Shown one piece after another: positions 9,275 to 19,360 of a DNA stretch of 64,000 nt. The first letter of the stretch is position 1. Each line of letters begins with the position of its first letter. The notes below the pieces were generated by a model, which worked only from the letters and a program-made list of their open reading frames with translations, had not been told where the DNA came from and searched no databases. The stretch is from a virus, in IMG/VR virus record IMGVR_UViG_3300028394_000045, positions 1-64,000 of that record; one strand, 5' to 3'. The translations under genes were made by a program, and so were the position numbers.

Positions 9275-10326
9275 TCTGCTGCCTCCTCGATGGTACTTAC
9301 CTCTTCTTTGTGATTTCCAAAATCTGCCATGGCACGATCCAAACAGCCTTCTTCATTGGCTTCCCACTTCTTGCGGAACTTCTTGATGATCTCACCATCG
9401 CTGGTCACAAACACCAGACTGTTGCCTTCCTTCTTTAAGAGATTGCGTTTCTCCATGAGATCCACCATGCCGGAGAAAGGACTCATTCCTGTTTCATAAG
9501 GAATCTTGACCTGCACACCTTCAAACGGTTTGGCATAGCGTGTTTTCATCACTTTGCAGGCAGCACGGATACCCATCACATCAGTGATCTTGTTGCCGTC
9601 TTCATCTTCTTTCAGCTTGAGTTTCTTCATGGCCACAACAATTGAGCTGGCATAGATGAAACCTTGACCGCCGGAGATCTTGTCATCGGGATCAAACATG
9701 TCTTGACTTGCGTATGTGTGGTTGGTACAGACCAGGCCCACATTGTAGCTACCAAACATGTTCACACAGTTACGCACAAGACTGGTCAGTGCCTTGGGCT
9801 TGCGACCCATGTCACCTTTCATGTCGCCTGCATCAAACTGATTCACATCAGTGGGTGTGAGCAACATGCCCAAGCTGTCAATCACAAACATTACTTTAGG
9901 TCGCTCACCGTCGGGCAGGGCCTTGTAGTCGCTCATGAATGTACTGATGGTTTTGGCCACATCGTCGATCATGGCCATGCTGAGTTTAAGCAGTTTGTCT
10001 TGACCGGTATCCACACCCAATGCTTTGAGCCAATCCTCGTCCAGTGCGTTCTCGCTGTCGATCAACACCACATAGATACCCTGTGCTTGGGCGTTCTTGA
10101 TGATGTTGCCAGAGCAGATATAACTTTTACCTGCGCCAGATTCACCGGCAAACACAGTGACCTTGCCCAGAGGAATACCTTTGTTGAAGTCGCCGGAGAT
10201 GAGATAGTTCAAGGCATAGTTGCCTGTGGAGATCCAGTCTGTAGGATCGTTGAAACCAATGCTCAATCCTTCGATTGACTTGGTGATTTCCTTGCGGAAT
10301 TTTGAAACGTCAAAAGGTTTACCCAT
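9271..10326 (-). CDS. uvsX: UvsX/RecA-like recombinase
   Basis: ISTGNYALN, Walker A AGESGAGKS, IDSENALD, Walker B VIDSLG, ISGGQG. Confidence 0.92.
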   Translation of the reverse strand: MGKPFDVSKFRKEITKSIEGLSIGFNDPTDWISTGNYALNYLISGDFNKGIPLGKVTVFAGESGAGKSYICSGNIIKNAQAQGIYVVLIDSENALDEDWLKALGVDTGQDKLLKLSMAMIDDVAKTISTFMSDYKALPDGERPKVMFVIDSLGMLLTPTDVNQFDAGDMKGDMGRKPKALTSLVRNCVNMFGSYNVGLVCTNHTYASQDMFDPDDKISGGQGFIYASSIVVAMKKLKLKEDEDGNKITDVMGIRAACKVMKTRYAKPFEGVQVKIPYETGMSPFSGMVDLMEKRNLLKKEGNSLVFVTSDGEIIKKFRKKWEANEEGCLDRAMADFGNHKEEVSTIEEAAE

Positions 10327-10342
10327 ATATTACCTGTTATGA

Positions 10343-10376
10343 AATGAAAGAACACAGAGGGGTTGCCCCTCTGTGT
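10343..10376 (-). terminator. rho-independent terminator after gp32
   Basis: 11-bp inverted repeat ACACAGAGGGG/CCCCTCTGTGT followed by TCTTTCATTT on the minus strand. Confidence 0.65.
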
Positions 10377-10383
10377 GGTGCTA

Positions 10384-11367
10384 TTACTTGTTCTGACGAG
10401 AACGGATCATAGCCAGGATGTCCTGGGTCTTGCTATCACCGGCAGGCTTGGTCACTGGAGCAGTGGCCACTGCTGGCTCATCGTCAAAGTCATCTGCTGC
10501 CTTGGCAGGTGCTGCCACTCGCAAAGCTGGCTTGGGAGTGTCTTCATCCACATCAACAGCAGGTGCTGCGCCAGCAGGTGCATTCACACCAGCAGGGCGG
10601 AAGTACTGACCCCAACGCTCTGTGTCGTAAGGCTGTCCATCTACTGATGCTTCGAACATTTCCTTGATCACACGCAGTTCCACGTCAGTGGGCTTCTTGG
10701 GTAAGAAAGTGTTCAAGTCAAACAGGCCATGTGCATCCACTGCTGCTTGTTCCACATCAGTCAATGCAGATTCTTTACGAGCCCACTTGCTGCTGTTGTA
10801 GTCAGCGAATCCACCTTTTTGTGTTTTGCTGATACGGAAGTCCAGGCCGCTCATGTAGTCAGTTGGCAGGTTTTCCAACTCAGGATCCATCAACGCACCT
10901 TTGATCAAGGTGAATAACTGTGGTCCAATGATGAACTTGCGAATGGGATTTTCTGGAGTCTTGTCGTCTGCGATGGGATTCTCACGCACGAATCCTTGAA
11001 AGATGTAGCTGCGTTTTTTCCAGTACTTGCGACCCATATCTTCAAGACTCTTGTCCTTGAACCAGGTACGCACTTCTGCCAAGATTGGGCAGGCGTCGCC
11101 CCACATCTCCACGCAAGGTACCTGTACCATGACCTGTTTGGAATCCATCTCACCTTTGACGCCATTGAATGGCAGTCGGATCATGGCTCGTTCCACCCAG
11201 AAGAATGTGTTCTTGGAATTGCCGTCGGGTAAAAAGCGCAGGGTGGCTGATTGACCTTCTTCCATATTCCAATGTGGATAAATGGATCTGTCACCGCCTC
11301 CAGTGGATTGCCCACCTTTGTTCTCTGCTGCCTGTAGTCGTGCTCGGATTTCTGCTAAAGTTGCCAT
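10384..11367 (-). CDS. gp32: single-stranded DNA-binding protein, T4 gp32-like
   Basis: LRFLPD, CPIL, YWKKRSY, GLDFRISKTQKGGFADY, C-terminal DILAMIRSRQ; next to uvsX/uvsY. Confidence 0.85.
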   Translation of the reverse strand: MATLAEIRARLQAAENKGGQSTGGGDRSIYPHWNMEEGQSATLRFLPDGNSKNTFFWVERAMIRLPFNGVKGEMDSKQVMVQVPCVEMWGDACPILAEVRTWFKDKSLEDMGRKYWKKRSYIFQGFVRENPIADDKTPENPIRKFIIGPQLFTLIKGALMDPELENLPTDYMSGLDFRISKTQKGGFADYNSSKWARKESALTDVEQAAVDAHGLFDLNTFLPKKPTDVELRVIKEMFEASVDGQPYDTERWGQYFRPAGVNAPAGAAPAVDVDEDTPKPALRVAAPAKAADDFDDEPAVATAPVTKPAGDSKTQDILAMIRSRQNK

Positions 11368-11433
11368 ATTGTGTTGCCTTTCTATGCTTTAATATGATTA
11401 AAAATATTTAAGATTAACTTAAATGTGTTGCCT

Positions 11434-11464
11434 ACAAGGTTATTATACACAGCCTTGTCTGTGT
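11434..11464 (-). promoter_or_regulatory. putative H-type RNA pseudoknot in the gp32 leader (autogenous translational operator)
   Basis: minus strand ACACAG-ACAAGG-CTGTGT-ATAATAA-CCTTGT gives two interleaved perfect 6-bp stems, followed by an AU-rich tract up to the RBS. Confidence 0.6.
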
Positions 11465-11555
11465 TTGCTACCTTTACGGTAGCGAAATTTGCCTATCTAG
11501 TTGCTTACGGAAGTGTGTGCCACTGCACACCCTTCTTTTGTTTGTTTTATTTATG

Positions 11556-14500
11556 TTATCTAATCAAAGCCAAGGATTTTATTCTTGCCAGCAATGCATC
11601 ACCTTCACGTGATTCGTAATTGAGCGAACGTCCGGATTCGTCCATGCTATCGCCCGGCAAGTCACGTGTGGTAATATCCGGAGACCGAACTGGCATGGCC
11701 ACTGCTCCTGTGTCTTTACGACCAAGTCGTGCTGTTTCAGCATCGCTTTGATCTGGTTCTTCGTCGCTGTAGTCATAACCTCTTTGACCGGCAGTTGGCC
11801 GCTTTGGCTGTTCAGGTGCTTTGCCGTTGTATCCTTGTTTTACACCTTTGAAGAAATTGCTTATGGGCTCAGAGATGTTGTCGGCTGTCTTGCCAAGGAA
11901 ATCACGTGCTGAGCGGGCTGCTTGCCCTACCACATCGCCGACATCTGTCATGTCTTCATCTATGCCATAGGCATTTTTGAACAGGTCCTGATTGTCTTGC
12001 ATGCTGTTTTGTGCGTCAATGGTTGCACCTTTGCTTTTTTGTGCTCTGGTGTAGCCGGTTGGCGAGTAGTCATTTGGCATGGCATCTCTTTGAAACTGGC
12101 CAAATCCTTTTTGAACATTCTGATCATGATTGAAAGACTTGAGCAGGTCTGCATCTGACTGTGGTGCCCATGGGATCTCAGGATACCGTTTGTTCCAGAC
12201 TTTCATGTTTCCCTGTTCCCGATCGCGGGCTGCTTGTAGCAATGGAAAATCAGGATGCTCTTCGGGATACTTGATTGCGCGGGGAGGAGGTGGGCCACGC
12301 AATGCGCTGACTTCGGGTTCTGCCTTGAACAAACTCTTCACAGCATTCGCTGCCTTGCCGCCTAATTCACCTGCGCCCCGAAGTGCTGCACCCATGCCTG
12401 GCATGCCGCCTTCATCCAGGTCTTCGATCAGCCGAGAGCCAGTGGCCAGGATGCTGAGATTCATTTCCTCCAACCAGCACTCTTTTAGGCCATGCACAGG
12501 GCAGTAGTTGTTTTCCATGGTGTAGTTGCACTCTTCCAAGGGCGCACTTTCTTCCAGCCCGGCAGATATTTCAATGCGTGGGATTCCGTCGGCAGTGTAA
12601 GATACGGATGGACTGGTTAGGTTGTTGTCAGGCATCTGTTGTTGCATGCGTGTTATTCTGTCTCTTTGATCTTGCGTCATCTGATCCCGTGCAGCCATAC
12701 GCATTATCCTATCTCTCTGAGCTTGGGTGTCACTGGACATGCCGGTTGCTGCCGGTTGGCTATCTTTGTAATCCCACTGTGGCTCATCAATTGCCAACTC
12801 TGGATTCTTTATCAGATCGACTGCTTTGACTGTTCTTGGTGCTATTGTTGGCAGGCCTGCAGCCGTTTTCATAGCATCCAATGGGTCTGGCTCTGTCTGC
12901 TGCTTGGTTAGATCAAGGGCAGCAACACGGCGAGCATCCGGGGAGGCTAATGGTGTGGGAGTGACCTGAAATCCTTTAGGATTACGACGCATTATTTCAG
13001 ACCGAGCTTGATCCTCTTCCACGGGTGCGGGCTTGGCCAGGCTTCGAGTGGTTGCCCCGCTGGGCAAGACATTGTTCTTTAATGAATTAAAAGCATTAGG
13101 GTCTGCTGGCGCAGGTGCTGCTGCCGGAGCAGGTGGGGGCGGTGCCGAGGCATTAGGTTTGCCGGTCAATCGATTGATACCCGGAGCAAGATTGGTCGGG
13201 GCTCCACCGGCAGTGGGGCCTGTGTATTCTGCTGCCGGAGGCGGTGCTGATTTGGGCACAAACTGACCACCGGTGGCATCTTTCACTGCTTGCTGCACAG
13301 CAGGGTTGGTGCTGGCACCAACCACTGGTCCTGCTGCCGGTGATGTTGTGGGCGTGGGTCTAATGGTCAATTGCCCAGTGGAAAGCGCATCAGCTGGCAG
13401 CGGTTGAGTAGCAGCAACTTCTGGATATTTGCTGGGATCGCTCGGTGGTGGAAATTCGCCCTCGGCTTCGTCTATCATGTCATTTGTGCCATGCTGTGCA
13501 TAGTGATAGAATGAATTGGCCACATCACCTAAAAAATCTTCATCATTGATTAAATTCATAGCAGACTTTGGTGTCATTCCCAACGCAATCATTTCGGGAT
13601 AAACTGCTTGAACAAATTGATCAGAATCCACATCCAACATGGGCTGTTTCTGTGCCAGTGTTTTACCAATTTTTTCATACATGAATTCACTGGATTCTTC
13701 AATGCGAGATTCTTTCAGTGGCACACCTGCCAAATGGCGCATGCGTTGAAGGCTTTCAAAGGTGCTGATGTTGTCGGCTTCATTTGTATCCTTACCAACA
13801 AAAAATCGAGAATTACTTGGCGGATTTTTTGTAAGGAATTGCGAAGCGATATCATCGTCTTGTGTGACAGTGACTTTGTGCATGCCTCGACTATCAGGGC
13901 CTGTGACACTGGCTGTTCTTTCTCGAAAATCTGGGCCAGTAGTTGTGCGTTGCCCGCCAACTCTTGCGTCCATCGGTTGCCCAATTTTTTGGAAATTTGC
14001 TATGCGATCATCTTGATCTGGATCATCCATGTTTTCGTCTGGAGATTGATCTACAAATTCTTCCGCCATTGCCTGTTGTGGCCGAGCGTCCATGTCAGGT
14101 GCAGCACGGTCAGGCATCTGTATGCCCAGTGCCTGCAATATGTCTTGTACTTCGGTGTCATCCCATAAATTGGCATCGGGATCTTGTGCAGCCAAATCTT
14201 CAATACGGTTGAACAAATCATCATCACCGATGATATCACGCAGTTGCTCTTTGGCATTGGTACCGTCTGGTCCCACGATCAATTCGCCACTCATGAGTGT
14301 TTTGAGCTTGTTCAGTTGTTCCGGAGTTTCGGGCAGGTTCCAGTGGCTTTCTGTCACGCTATTCACCCAGTTTTCAAATATGTCAGCTTCTTTCATTTCA
14401 CGTCCTCGTTGTATTTTTGCCAACAGTGGTAGAGCTTGCTCAATCCTGTCGTCAATGGTCTGTTCTACGAACAGTGTTTTGATATCTTCTACCAATTGGT

Positions 14501-15329
14501 CTTGTTCTGTGATGTCCGCAGGATGCCAAGATTCAAAGTAAGCAGCATAGCCACGTGGGCTGCTTAATCGCTTGATGTTTTCTCTTAGGGATTTGTAGTA
14601 GGTTTGCGCACCTTGTACCACACCTTGAGTGATGCCTTCTAACACACGCCCTTGGCTGGCACGATTGAAACGTGTGAGCACCTTGAGCTCTGTGATCATT
14701 TCACAGATGTGATTGCCACGCACGTCATAGGGCTTGCCACCTTGACGCACATGTTCCAGCATGGCTCGGCCGCCGGCTAGATTTGTGAATGGCAGTCGAT
14801 ATCGCTCGCCATCTGCTGTTTCCACAAAGATGCTTTCTACATAACGGAAACGTGCATCAGTCTCGCCCAGATTACGATTGTGTCGGATCATCAATCTTGC
14901 TTCAGTGGGCTCGCCTGCATAGCTGATTCGGCGTGTGCCATAATAGCCTTCAAACAACCCTTCTTTGATGGCTGCTAAGCCTTGCATGGTGTGCTTGAGC
15001 TGTCCCAGATCTTTGGCAGTGTATGTGTAACGATGTGCATTGGCAAACTGGCTCAGGTGCTGCTGGAAATCAAAGAATTCTTCTTTGTCATTGCCTTCCA
15101 TGGTACGACCCAGATTGTCGCCGTAGAATGCTTTTAGATCGTTGTCTGAATCCAGTATGACCACCATGGTGCCGTAGTTTTTACCAGTGCCGCTGATGTA
15201 GTCAAATGTGAATGTTTTGGCATCTTCGCTGTCGCAGACCTTGCCTTGTGCATCCAGCATGTCCGGATGGAAATTGCGTGTGACCAACAGGTCATTCAGT
15301 TGCTGCGCGATATTGTTTTGTTGTGCCAT
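11556..15329 (-). CDS. large hypothetical virion/prohead-associated protein (1257 aa), folded N-terminus plus modular low-complexity C-terminus
   Basis: late promoter 7 nt upstream; follows the terminase; many hydrophobic-x-E sites and RMRHLAGV-type motifs. Confidence 0.6.
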   Translation of the reverse strand: MAQQNNIAQQLNDLLVTRNFHPDMLDAQGKVCDSEDAKTFTFDYISGTGKNYGTMVVILDSDNDLKAFYGDNLGRTMEGNDKEEFFDFQQHLSQFANAHRYTYTAKDLGQLKHTMQGLAAIKEGLFEGYYGTRRISYAGEPTEARLMIRHNRNLGETDARFRYVESIFVETADGERYRLPFTNLAGGRAMLEHVRQGGKPYDVRGNHICEMITELKVLTRFNRASQGRVLEGITQGVVQGAQTYYKSLRENIKRLSSPRGYAAYFESWHPADITEQDQLVEDIKTLFVEQTIDDRIEQALPLLAKIQRGREMKEADIFENWVNSVTESHWNLPETPEQLNKLKTLMSGELIVGPDGTNAKEQLRDIIGDDDLFNRIEDLAAQDPDANLWDDTEVQDILQALGIQMPDRAAPDMDARPQQAMAEEFVDQSPDENMDDPDQDDRIANFQKIGQPMDARVGGQRTTTGPDFRERTASVTGPDSRGMHKVTVTQDDDIASQFLTKNPPSNSRFFVGKDTNEADNISTFESLQRMRHLAGVPLKESRIEESSEFMYEKIGKTLAQKQPMLDVDSDQFVQAVYPEMIALGMTPKSAMNLINDEDFLGDVANSFYHYAQHGTNDMIDEAEGEFPPPSDPSKYPEVAATQPLPADALSTGQLTIRPTPTTSPAAGPVVGASTNPAVQQAVKDATGGQFVPKSAPPPAAEYTGPTAGGAPTNLAPGINRLTGKPNASAPPPPAPAAAPAPADPNAFNSLKNNVLPSGATTRSLAKPAPVEEDQARSEIMRRNPKGFQVTPTPLASPDARRVAALDLTKQQTEPDPLDAMKTAAGLPTIAPRTVKAVDLIKNPELAIDEPQWDYKDSQPAATGMSSDTQAQRDRIMRMAARDQMTQDQRDRITRMQQQMPDNNLTSPSVSYTADGIPRIEISAGLEESAPLEECNYTMENNYCPVHGLKECWLEEMNLSILATGSRLIEDLDEGGMPGMGAALRGAGELGGKAANAVKSLFKAEPEVSALRGPPPPRAIKYPEEHPDFPLLQAARDREQGNMKVWNKRYPEIPWAPQSDADLLKSFNHDQNVQKGFGQFQRDAMPNDYSPTGYTRAQKSKGATIDAQNSMQDNQDLFKNAYGIDEDMTDVGDVVGQAARSARDFLGKTADNISEPISNFFKGVKQGYNGKAPEQPKRPTAGQRGYDYSDEEPDQSDAETARLGRKDTGAVAMPVRSPDITTRDLPGDSMDESGRSLNYESREGDALLARIKSLALIR

Positions 15330-15336
15330 GATTGTT

Positions 15337-15342
15337 TATTTA
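15337..15342 (-). promoter_or_regulatory. late promoter core TAAATA, 7 nt before ATG
   Basis: cTAAATAaacaatcATG. Confidence 0.6.
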
Positions 15343-15345
15343 GTT

Positions 15346-16929
15346 TCAACGCATGATAGAGATGAATGGCATGGGTTCGATTATGACGTCGCCATGATCC
15401 TTGAGATGTGTGTCCAATTCGGTGTGATATGTCTGCAACATCACCAACATACGCACGGCCAGCAATGTGGCCATGACCAAGTCATCAGTTTCTCCGGGTT
15501 TGGCAGCAAAACTAGTACCATGTGCCACAAATGTTTTTAGTTCAGAAATCAGCGGCCTGCTCTGTATCTTCATCCTGCCGGATTCTATCAGGATCTTGAC
15601 CTTGTTGCAGGCCATGATTTTGCTTTTGTTTGTGGTGGTAAACCCCTTGCGGATCCTGCGTCCTGCTGTGCCCTGTACTGAATTGTCGCTGAGAAAGTAG
15701 CCCGGAATGTTTTCTTCACCGTATTCTGCAATAGAAATCAACGCTGCTTCACCCAGTGTGTTGTTTTCCACTGAATAGTAAATTTTGCTAGCATCTTTTA
15801 CTACCGCATTGATTTCTTTAATGATGTCTGCTAGTATTTTGACTTGGGTAGGCACATCTGTACGATCATGCCGCCACTCTGCCACTTGTATGGTGGTGTC
15901 AGCTTCGAATACCTGGATGGCACTGGGGTCACCGCCTGTTCCCAGGCTGGGATCCAATGAGACAATATACATCTTGTCTTTTTTGGGTTCTTGGTACCAT
16001 CGCACCTGCCCGGTCTTACGCAAGGGCTCAATACCTTCAAGATCCAATAATTTGATTGGAGAGATCAAGGTTTCGTCATTGATAATGAATTCGCAACCCA
16101 TCTCTCGACGGAAACGTTCTTCGCCCAGAGCTGCACGTTGTTGATCGGCCCAGGTGGTGTCACGATCAGGATGCTCATTCCAGTAGCTGCGAAATGCTCT
16201 GAATCCGTTAGTGCCCAACACAGTTTGATTGCCGTATTCATCCACTGTTTTGTTGGCACCTTTCCACAAGAAAGCAAACTGATCTTCGTCTGAGTTGGGA
16301 GTGCTTGTGATGATGGCTTTACCACCTGTGGCCAGTGTGGGTGATATTGAGGTCCAGAATTCTTTGGCAATAGTTGGACGAACAAATGCAAACTCATCGC
16401 AGTACAGCAGCGAAATACTCATACCACGACCGGTATTTTCTGTAGTGGTAGCACTAACAATACGACTGCCGTTGTCAAATTCCAAACTGCCTTTATTGTA
16501 GCTGGTTGCACCTGCACGTATGTGATTAGGGCACAGCTCATAGGCATAGCGAATACGTTGCATGATCTCTTGAGCACCTGTGTATTTGTGTGCAGCAATC
16601 AACACAGTGCTGTCAGGCACAAACATGGCATACCACAACAAGTAACCAGCAGCTGAAGTTGATTTGCCTGTTTGCCGAGGCATCATGCTGATGCTGTATC
16701 TGTAGTTGTGGTAGGTACCAATCAGTCTCTCTTGATATTCAAAAGGAGAATATCGCATCTTGCCACGAATAGGATGTTGAATGTAGAAAAAATGATCCAT
16801 GAAGTACAATGGACCGGTCACGGGATCAGCACACAGCATGAATTCTGTGATCTCCTGCTCGGTATAAGTCTCGCGACGATGCGGAGCCTTGACCAACACG
16901 GTTTCTAAGTTATTTTTTGGCAATATCAT
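15346..16929 (-). CDS. gp17: terminase large subunit, T4 gp17-like
   Basis: Walker A PRQTGKST, Walker B LLYCDEFAF, ITSTPN, RNase H-like SLDPSLGTGGD, DDLVMA. Confidence 0.95.
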   Translation of the reverse strand: MILPKNNLETVLVKAPHRRETYTEQEITEFMLCADPVTGPLYFMDHFFYIQHPIRGKMRYSPFEYQERLIGTYHNYRYSISMMPRQTGKSTSAAGYLLWYAMFVPDSTVLIAAHKYTGAQEIMQRIRYAYELCPNHIRAGATSYNKGSLEFDNGSRIVSATTTENTGRGMSISLLYCDEFAFVRPTIAKEFWTSISPTLATGGKAIITSTPNSDEDQFAFLWKGANKTVDEYGNQTVLGTNGFRAFRSYWNEHPDRDTTWADQQRAALGEERFRREMGCEFIINDETLISPIKLLDLEGIEPLRKTGQVRWYQEPKKDKMYIVSLDPSLGTGGDPSAIQVFEADTTIQVAEWRHDRTDVPTQVKILADIIKEINAVVKDASKIYYSVENNTLGEAALISIAEYGEENIPGYFLSDNSVQGTAGRRIRKGFTTTNKSKIMACNKVKILIESGRMKIQSRPLISELKTFVAHGTSFAAKPGETDDLVMATLLAVRMLVMLQTYHTELDTHLKDHGDVIIEPMPFISIMR

Positions 16930-17671
16930 CTATTATCTTTTCTGCAAACAACCTATGACCCAAGGGGCCGGCATGCATGCGATCTCTTGCGTATTCTATT
17001 TCTTCACGACTTTTGGCAAACCAATCATGTGCGTTGTAGGTCAAACATTTGATCCCCAGTTCAGCACATAGTCCTTGCACAGCCAATCGGTTACGCGAGT
17101 TATTTAACTCAGCGTTGCGATCATTTAAAAACCAATTCTTGATAAAATCGTTGGTCTCGGTTCGCCCCGATTCGTGTCCGGGCATGTATGTTTCGTGTGG
17201 TAGTGCTCGGTCTTCAGTTATGAGATCAAATCTATGCCGGGGTGGTGCTGCCATCACCACCCATCGGGGGCGCAGTACCGGCAACCAATAACTGGCCAAC
17301 ATAAAACAAGTATCTGCACTAACGCCGCCCCAGGCAAGATTGTAGTTTTTTAGTCCTGTGGCTTGAGACACTAGGTAGGGCCATGTAGTGTTTTCTGGTA
17401 AGCCGATACCAATGGTGTAGCTGCATCCTAAAGAAACCATGCTGGCAGCGGCGGGATCAAATTCTTCAGATCTGAATCCGTTGCTGTTTATTTGATAAGT
17501 TATAGCGCCTGGTTCGAGCCATCCTTTGCTGCGATAATACTCGTGATATTCAGGATTTTGATTCAATCGTTGGAAATTTTCTTCGGTATCAGTTGGCAAC
17601 CAGGATACTGTTTGTCCAGCATACTTCATACCAAAATGCCAAGGTGCTTTAATTTTCATTAGCGTTCTCAT
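16910..17671 (-). CDS. hypothetical protein with SGNH-hydrolase-like motifs
   Basis: LGCSYTIGIG, NLAWGG and C-terminal DRMHAGPLGH; start may be ATG 17659. Confidence 0.5.
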   Translation of the reverse strand: MRTLMKIKAPWHFGMKYAGQTVSWLPTDTEENFQRLNQNPEYHEYYRSKGWLEPGAITYQINSNGFRSEEFDPAAASMVSLGCSYTIGIGLPENTTWPYLVSQATGLKNYNLAWGGVSADTCFMLASYWLPVLRPRWVVMAAPPRHRFDLITEDRALPHETYMPGHESGRTETNDFIKNWFLNDRNAELNNSRNRLAVQGLCAELGIKCLTYNAHDWFAKSREEIEYARDRMHAGPLGHRLFAEKIIDDIAKK

Positions 17672-18809
17672 TTAATATAGTTGCCGTTGCGGGCCATAGA
17701 TCTGCAAAGCTAATTGATTTTTTTAACAATGCTTCGGTTCTAGTGTGCCAGGTCACGGTGCGTTTTGCGATGTCATCCTGATGTTTAATGTAATCGGGAT
17801 TTTCCAATGTGCGTCTATAGCTTTTTAACACATGTGTAGATAAGTTTATACGATCATCGTAACGATCAATGATGCGATCTATCTCTTGTATGGCCAATTG
17901 TCGTAATTGTAACGAATGCCGACGAATGTCCAATTCAACAGGATCATTGAGCTCACACCAATATATGCCTAGATTTTCTTTGTTGCAAAATTCATAATAT
18001 TCTTCAAGATCCAATGCACAATAGATAGAATACGCAGGATGGGCATTTACTCTTAGTCCATCTTGTTTCATCTGACGTATATTCTTTACAAATTGTGCCC
18101 AGTTGGCCCCGTCCCTGACATATTCAAATTTTTGCTCGTTGGCATTGTCAAAACTGATCTGCCATTCAACATCAGGCCAGGTGCGCAACAATTGATAGAT
18201 AGGATTTTTAGTGATTTCCATGCTGAGATTTGTTGTGACCATCACACGTACTTTGTCAGGATTTAGATAACTTAAAAATGTATCTAGACCTTTCTGTAGT
18301 AACGGCTCTCCACCGCCGAGACTGAGCCCTTGTATGTTGTGCCCTTGTGTTTTTACCAGCTCTATTAAATCCTCGTGGGCGTTTTTCACATGATTAATAG
18401 GTATCTTTCGAACACTCTGCCATGCAGTTGATGTTTGCGGATTGCAATACACACAGGTCAGATTACATAGATTGCTCCAATTAACCACAAGATGTTCTAG
18501 TTTAAAAAAATCTGGATCGCTGTTGATTGCTGCCAAAGTATCTTCACTCACAATTCTCACAGTCCTTCCACTAGCACCGGTAGTATCTTCCAGCCGCTTG
18601 CACCAGGTGCATCCAGAGTGCCATTCACCTCGTGACATTGCCGATCGCATGGCGGCGGCAACGGGCCCATGTATAATTTCTTGTATGGGTGTTTTTTTGT
18701 TATTACCAATCATTTCCACGCAATGGAAGCATGGGCTGACCGCGCCAGCTTGATCGATGTTGAGACTGGTCCAAGGTGCTGGACAGAATGTAGGACTATC
18801 AGAAATCAT
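17649..18809 (-). CDS. radical SAM protein with N-terminal SPASM/twitch-like Cys region
   Basis: CNLTCVYC (CxxxCxxC), GGGEPLL, VTTN, ISFD; N-terminal FCPAPW...PCFHC...CTWC. Confidence 0.88.
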   Translation of the reverse strand: MISDSPTFCPAPWTSLNIDQAGAVSPCFHCVEMIGNNKKTPIQEIIHGPVAAAMRSAMSRGEWHSGCTWCKRLEDTTGASGRTVRIVSEDTLAAINSDPDFFKLEHLVVNWSNLCNLTCVYCNPQTSTAWQSVRKIPINHVKNAHEDLIELVKTQGHNIQGLSLGGGEPLLQKGLDTFLSYLNPDKVRVMVTTNLSMEITKNPIYQLLRTWPDVEWQISFDNANEQKFEYVRDGANWAQFVKNIRQMKQDGLRVNAHPAYSIYCALDLEEYYEFCNKENLGIYWCELNDPVELDIRRHSLQLRQLAIQEIDRIIDRYDDRINLSTHVLKSYRRTLENPDYIKHQDDIAKRTVTWHTRTEALLKKSISFADLWPATATILNENANEN

Positions 18810-19360
18810 TTTGCCACCAACCAGGAATAAGAACTTACTCTAAAAGAGTTGTTGGGTACAGGATTCAGCATGCCATGCCATTGTAATTTTCTGTAGCCAA
18901 TTGAATCTGGGGTGTTTATCATAATATATCCTGTGTTAGTCACAAACTCAAAAACGTGCCGTATGTGATCTGGATCTTTATACTGATACCATGTGGTACC
19001 GATATCAGGAGAGGATCCAATCCAATATAATTGTATGGCTCCCGGTAACTCTCCATCAGTGTGCAAGGGGCATGTGTAGGTGGCCATGTCAATCCAAAAT
19101 CCAGTATCTAAATATTTTAAATGCTCGCATCCAGTTTGTTCTGCTATGTGGTCCCATTGGGACTTTATGCTGTCATGCCAGCTGCTGATCCAACTCAATT
19201 GGTTGTTATTGATTCGTTTTCTTAATTCTCTATTGCCTTCTTCTAATGTGTAATCCAAACTCAGCCAAGGTGTTTGTAGTATCTGTTCAACCAATGATTT
19301 GGGCATGAGGTCAGTCACATGGAACAGATTCTGATCTTGATCGACCGCAGTTATTTGCAT
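18806..19360 (-). CDS. 2OG-Fe(II) oxygenase-like protein
   Basis: LHTD (HxD), NTGY, distal WHG and RxS; start ATG 19360. Confidence 0.7.
   Translation of the reverse strand: MQITAVDQDQNLFHVTDLMPKSLVEQILQTPWLSLDYTLEEGNRELRKRINNNQLSWISSWHDSIKSQWDHIAEQTGCEHLKYLDTGFWIDMATYTCPLHTDGELPGAIQLYWIGSSPDIGTTWYQYKDPDHIRHVFEFVTNTGYIMINTPDSIGYRKLQWHGMLNPVPNNSFRVSSYSWLVAK

Noticed and set aside
15346-16929. Possible intein or intron in terminase, UvsX, portal or capsid genes
   Set aside because: Lengths are normal and motifs contiguous; no intein splice signature or LAGLIDADG motif seen
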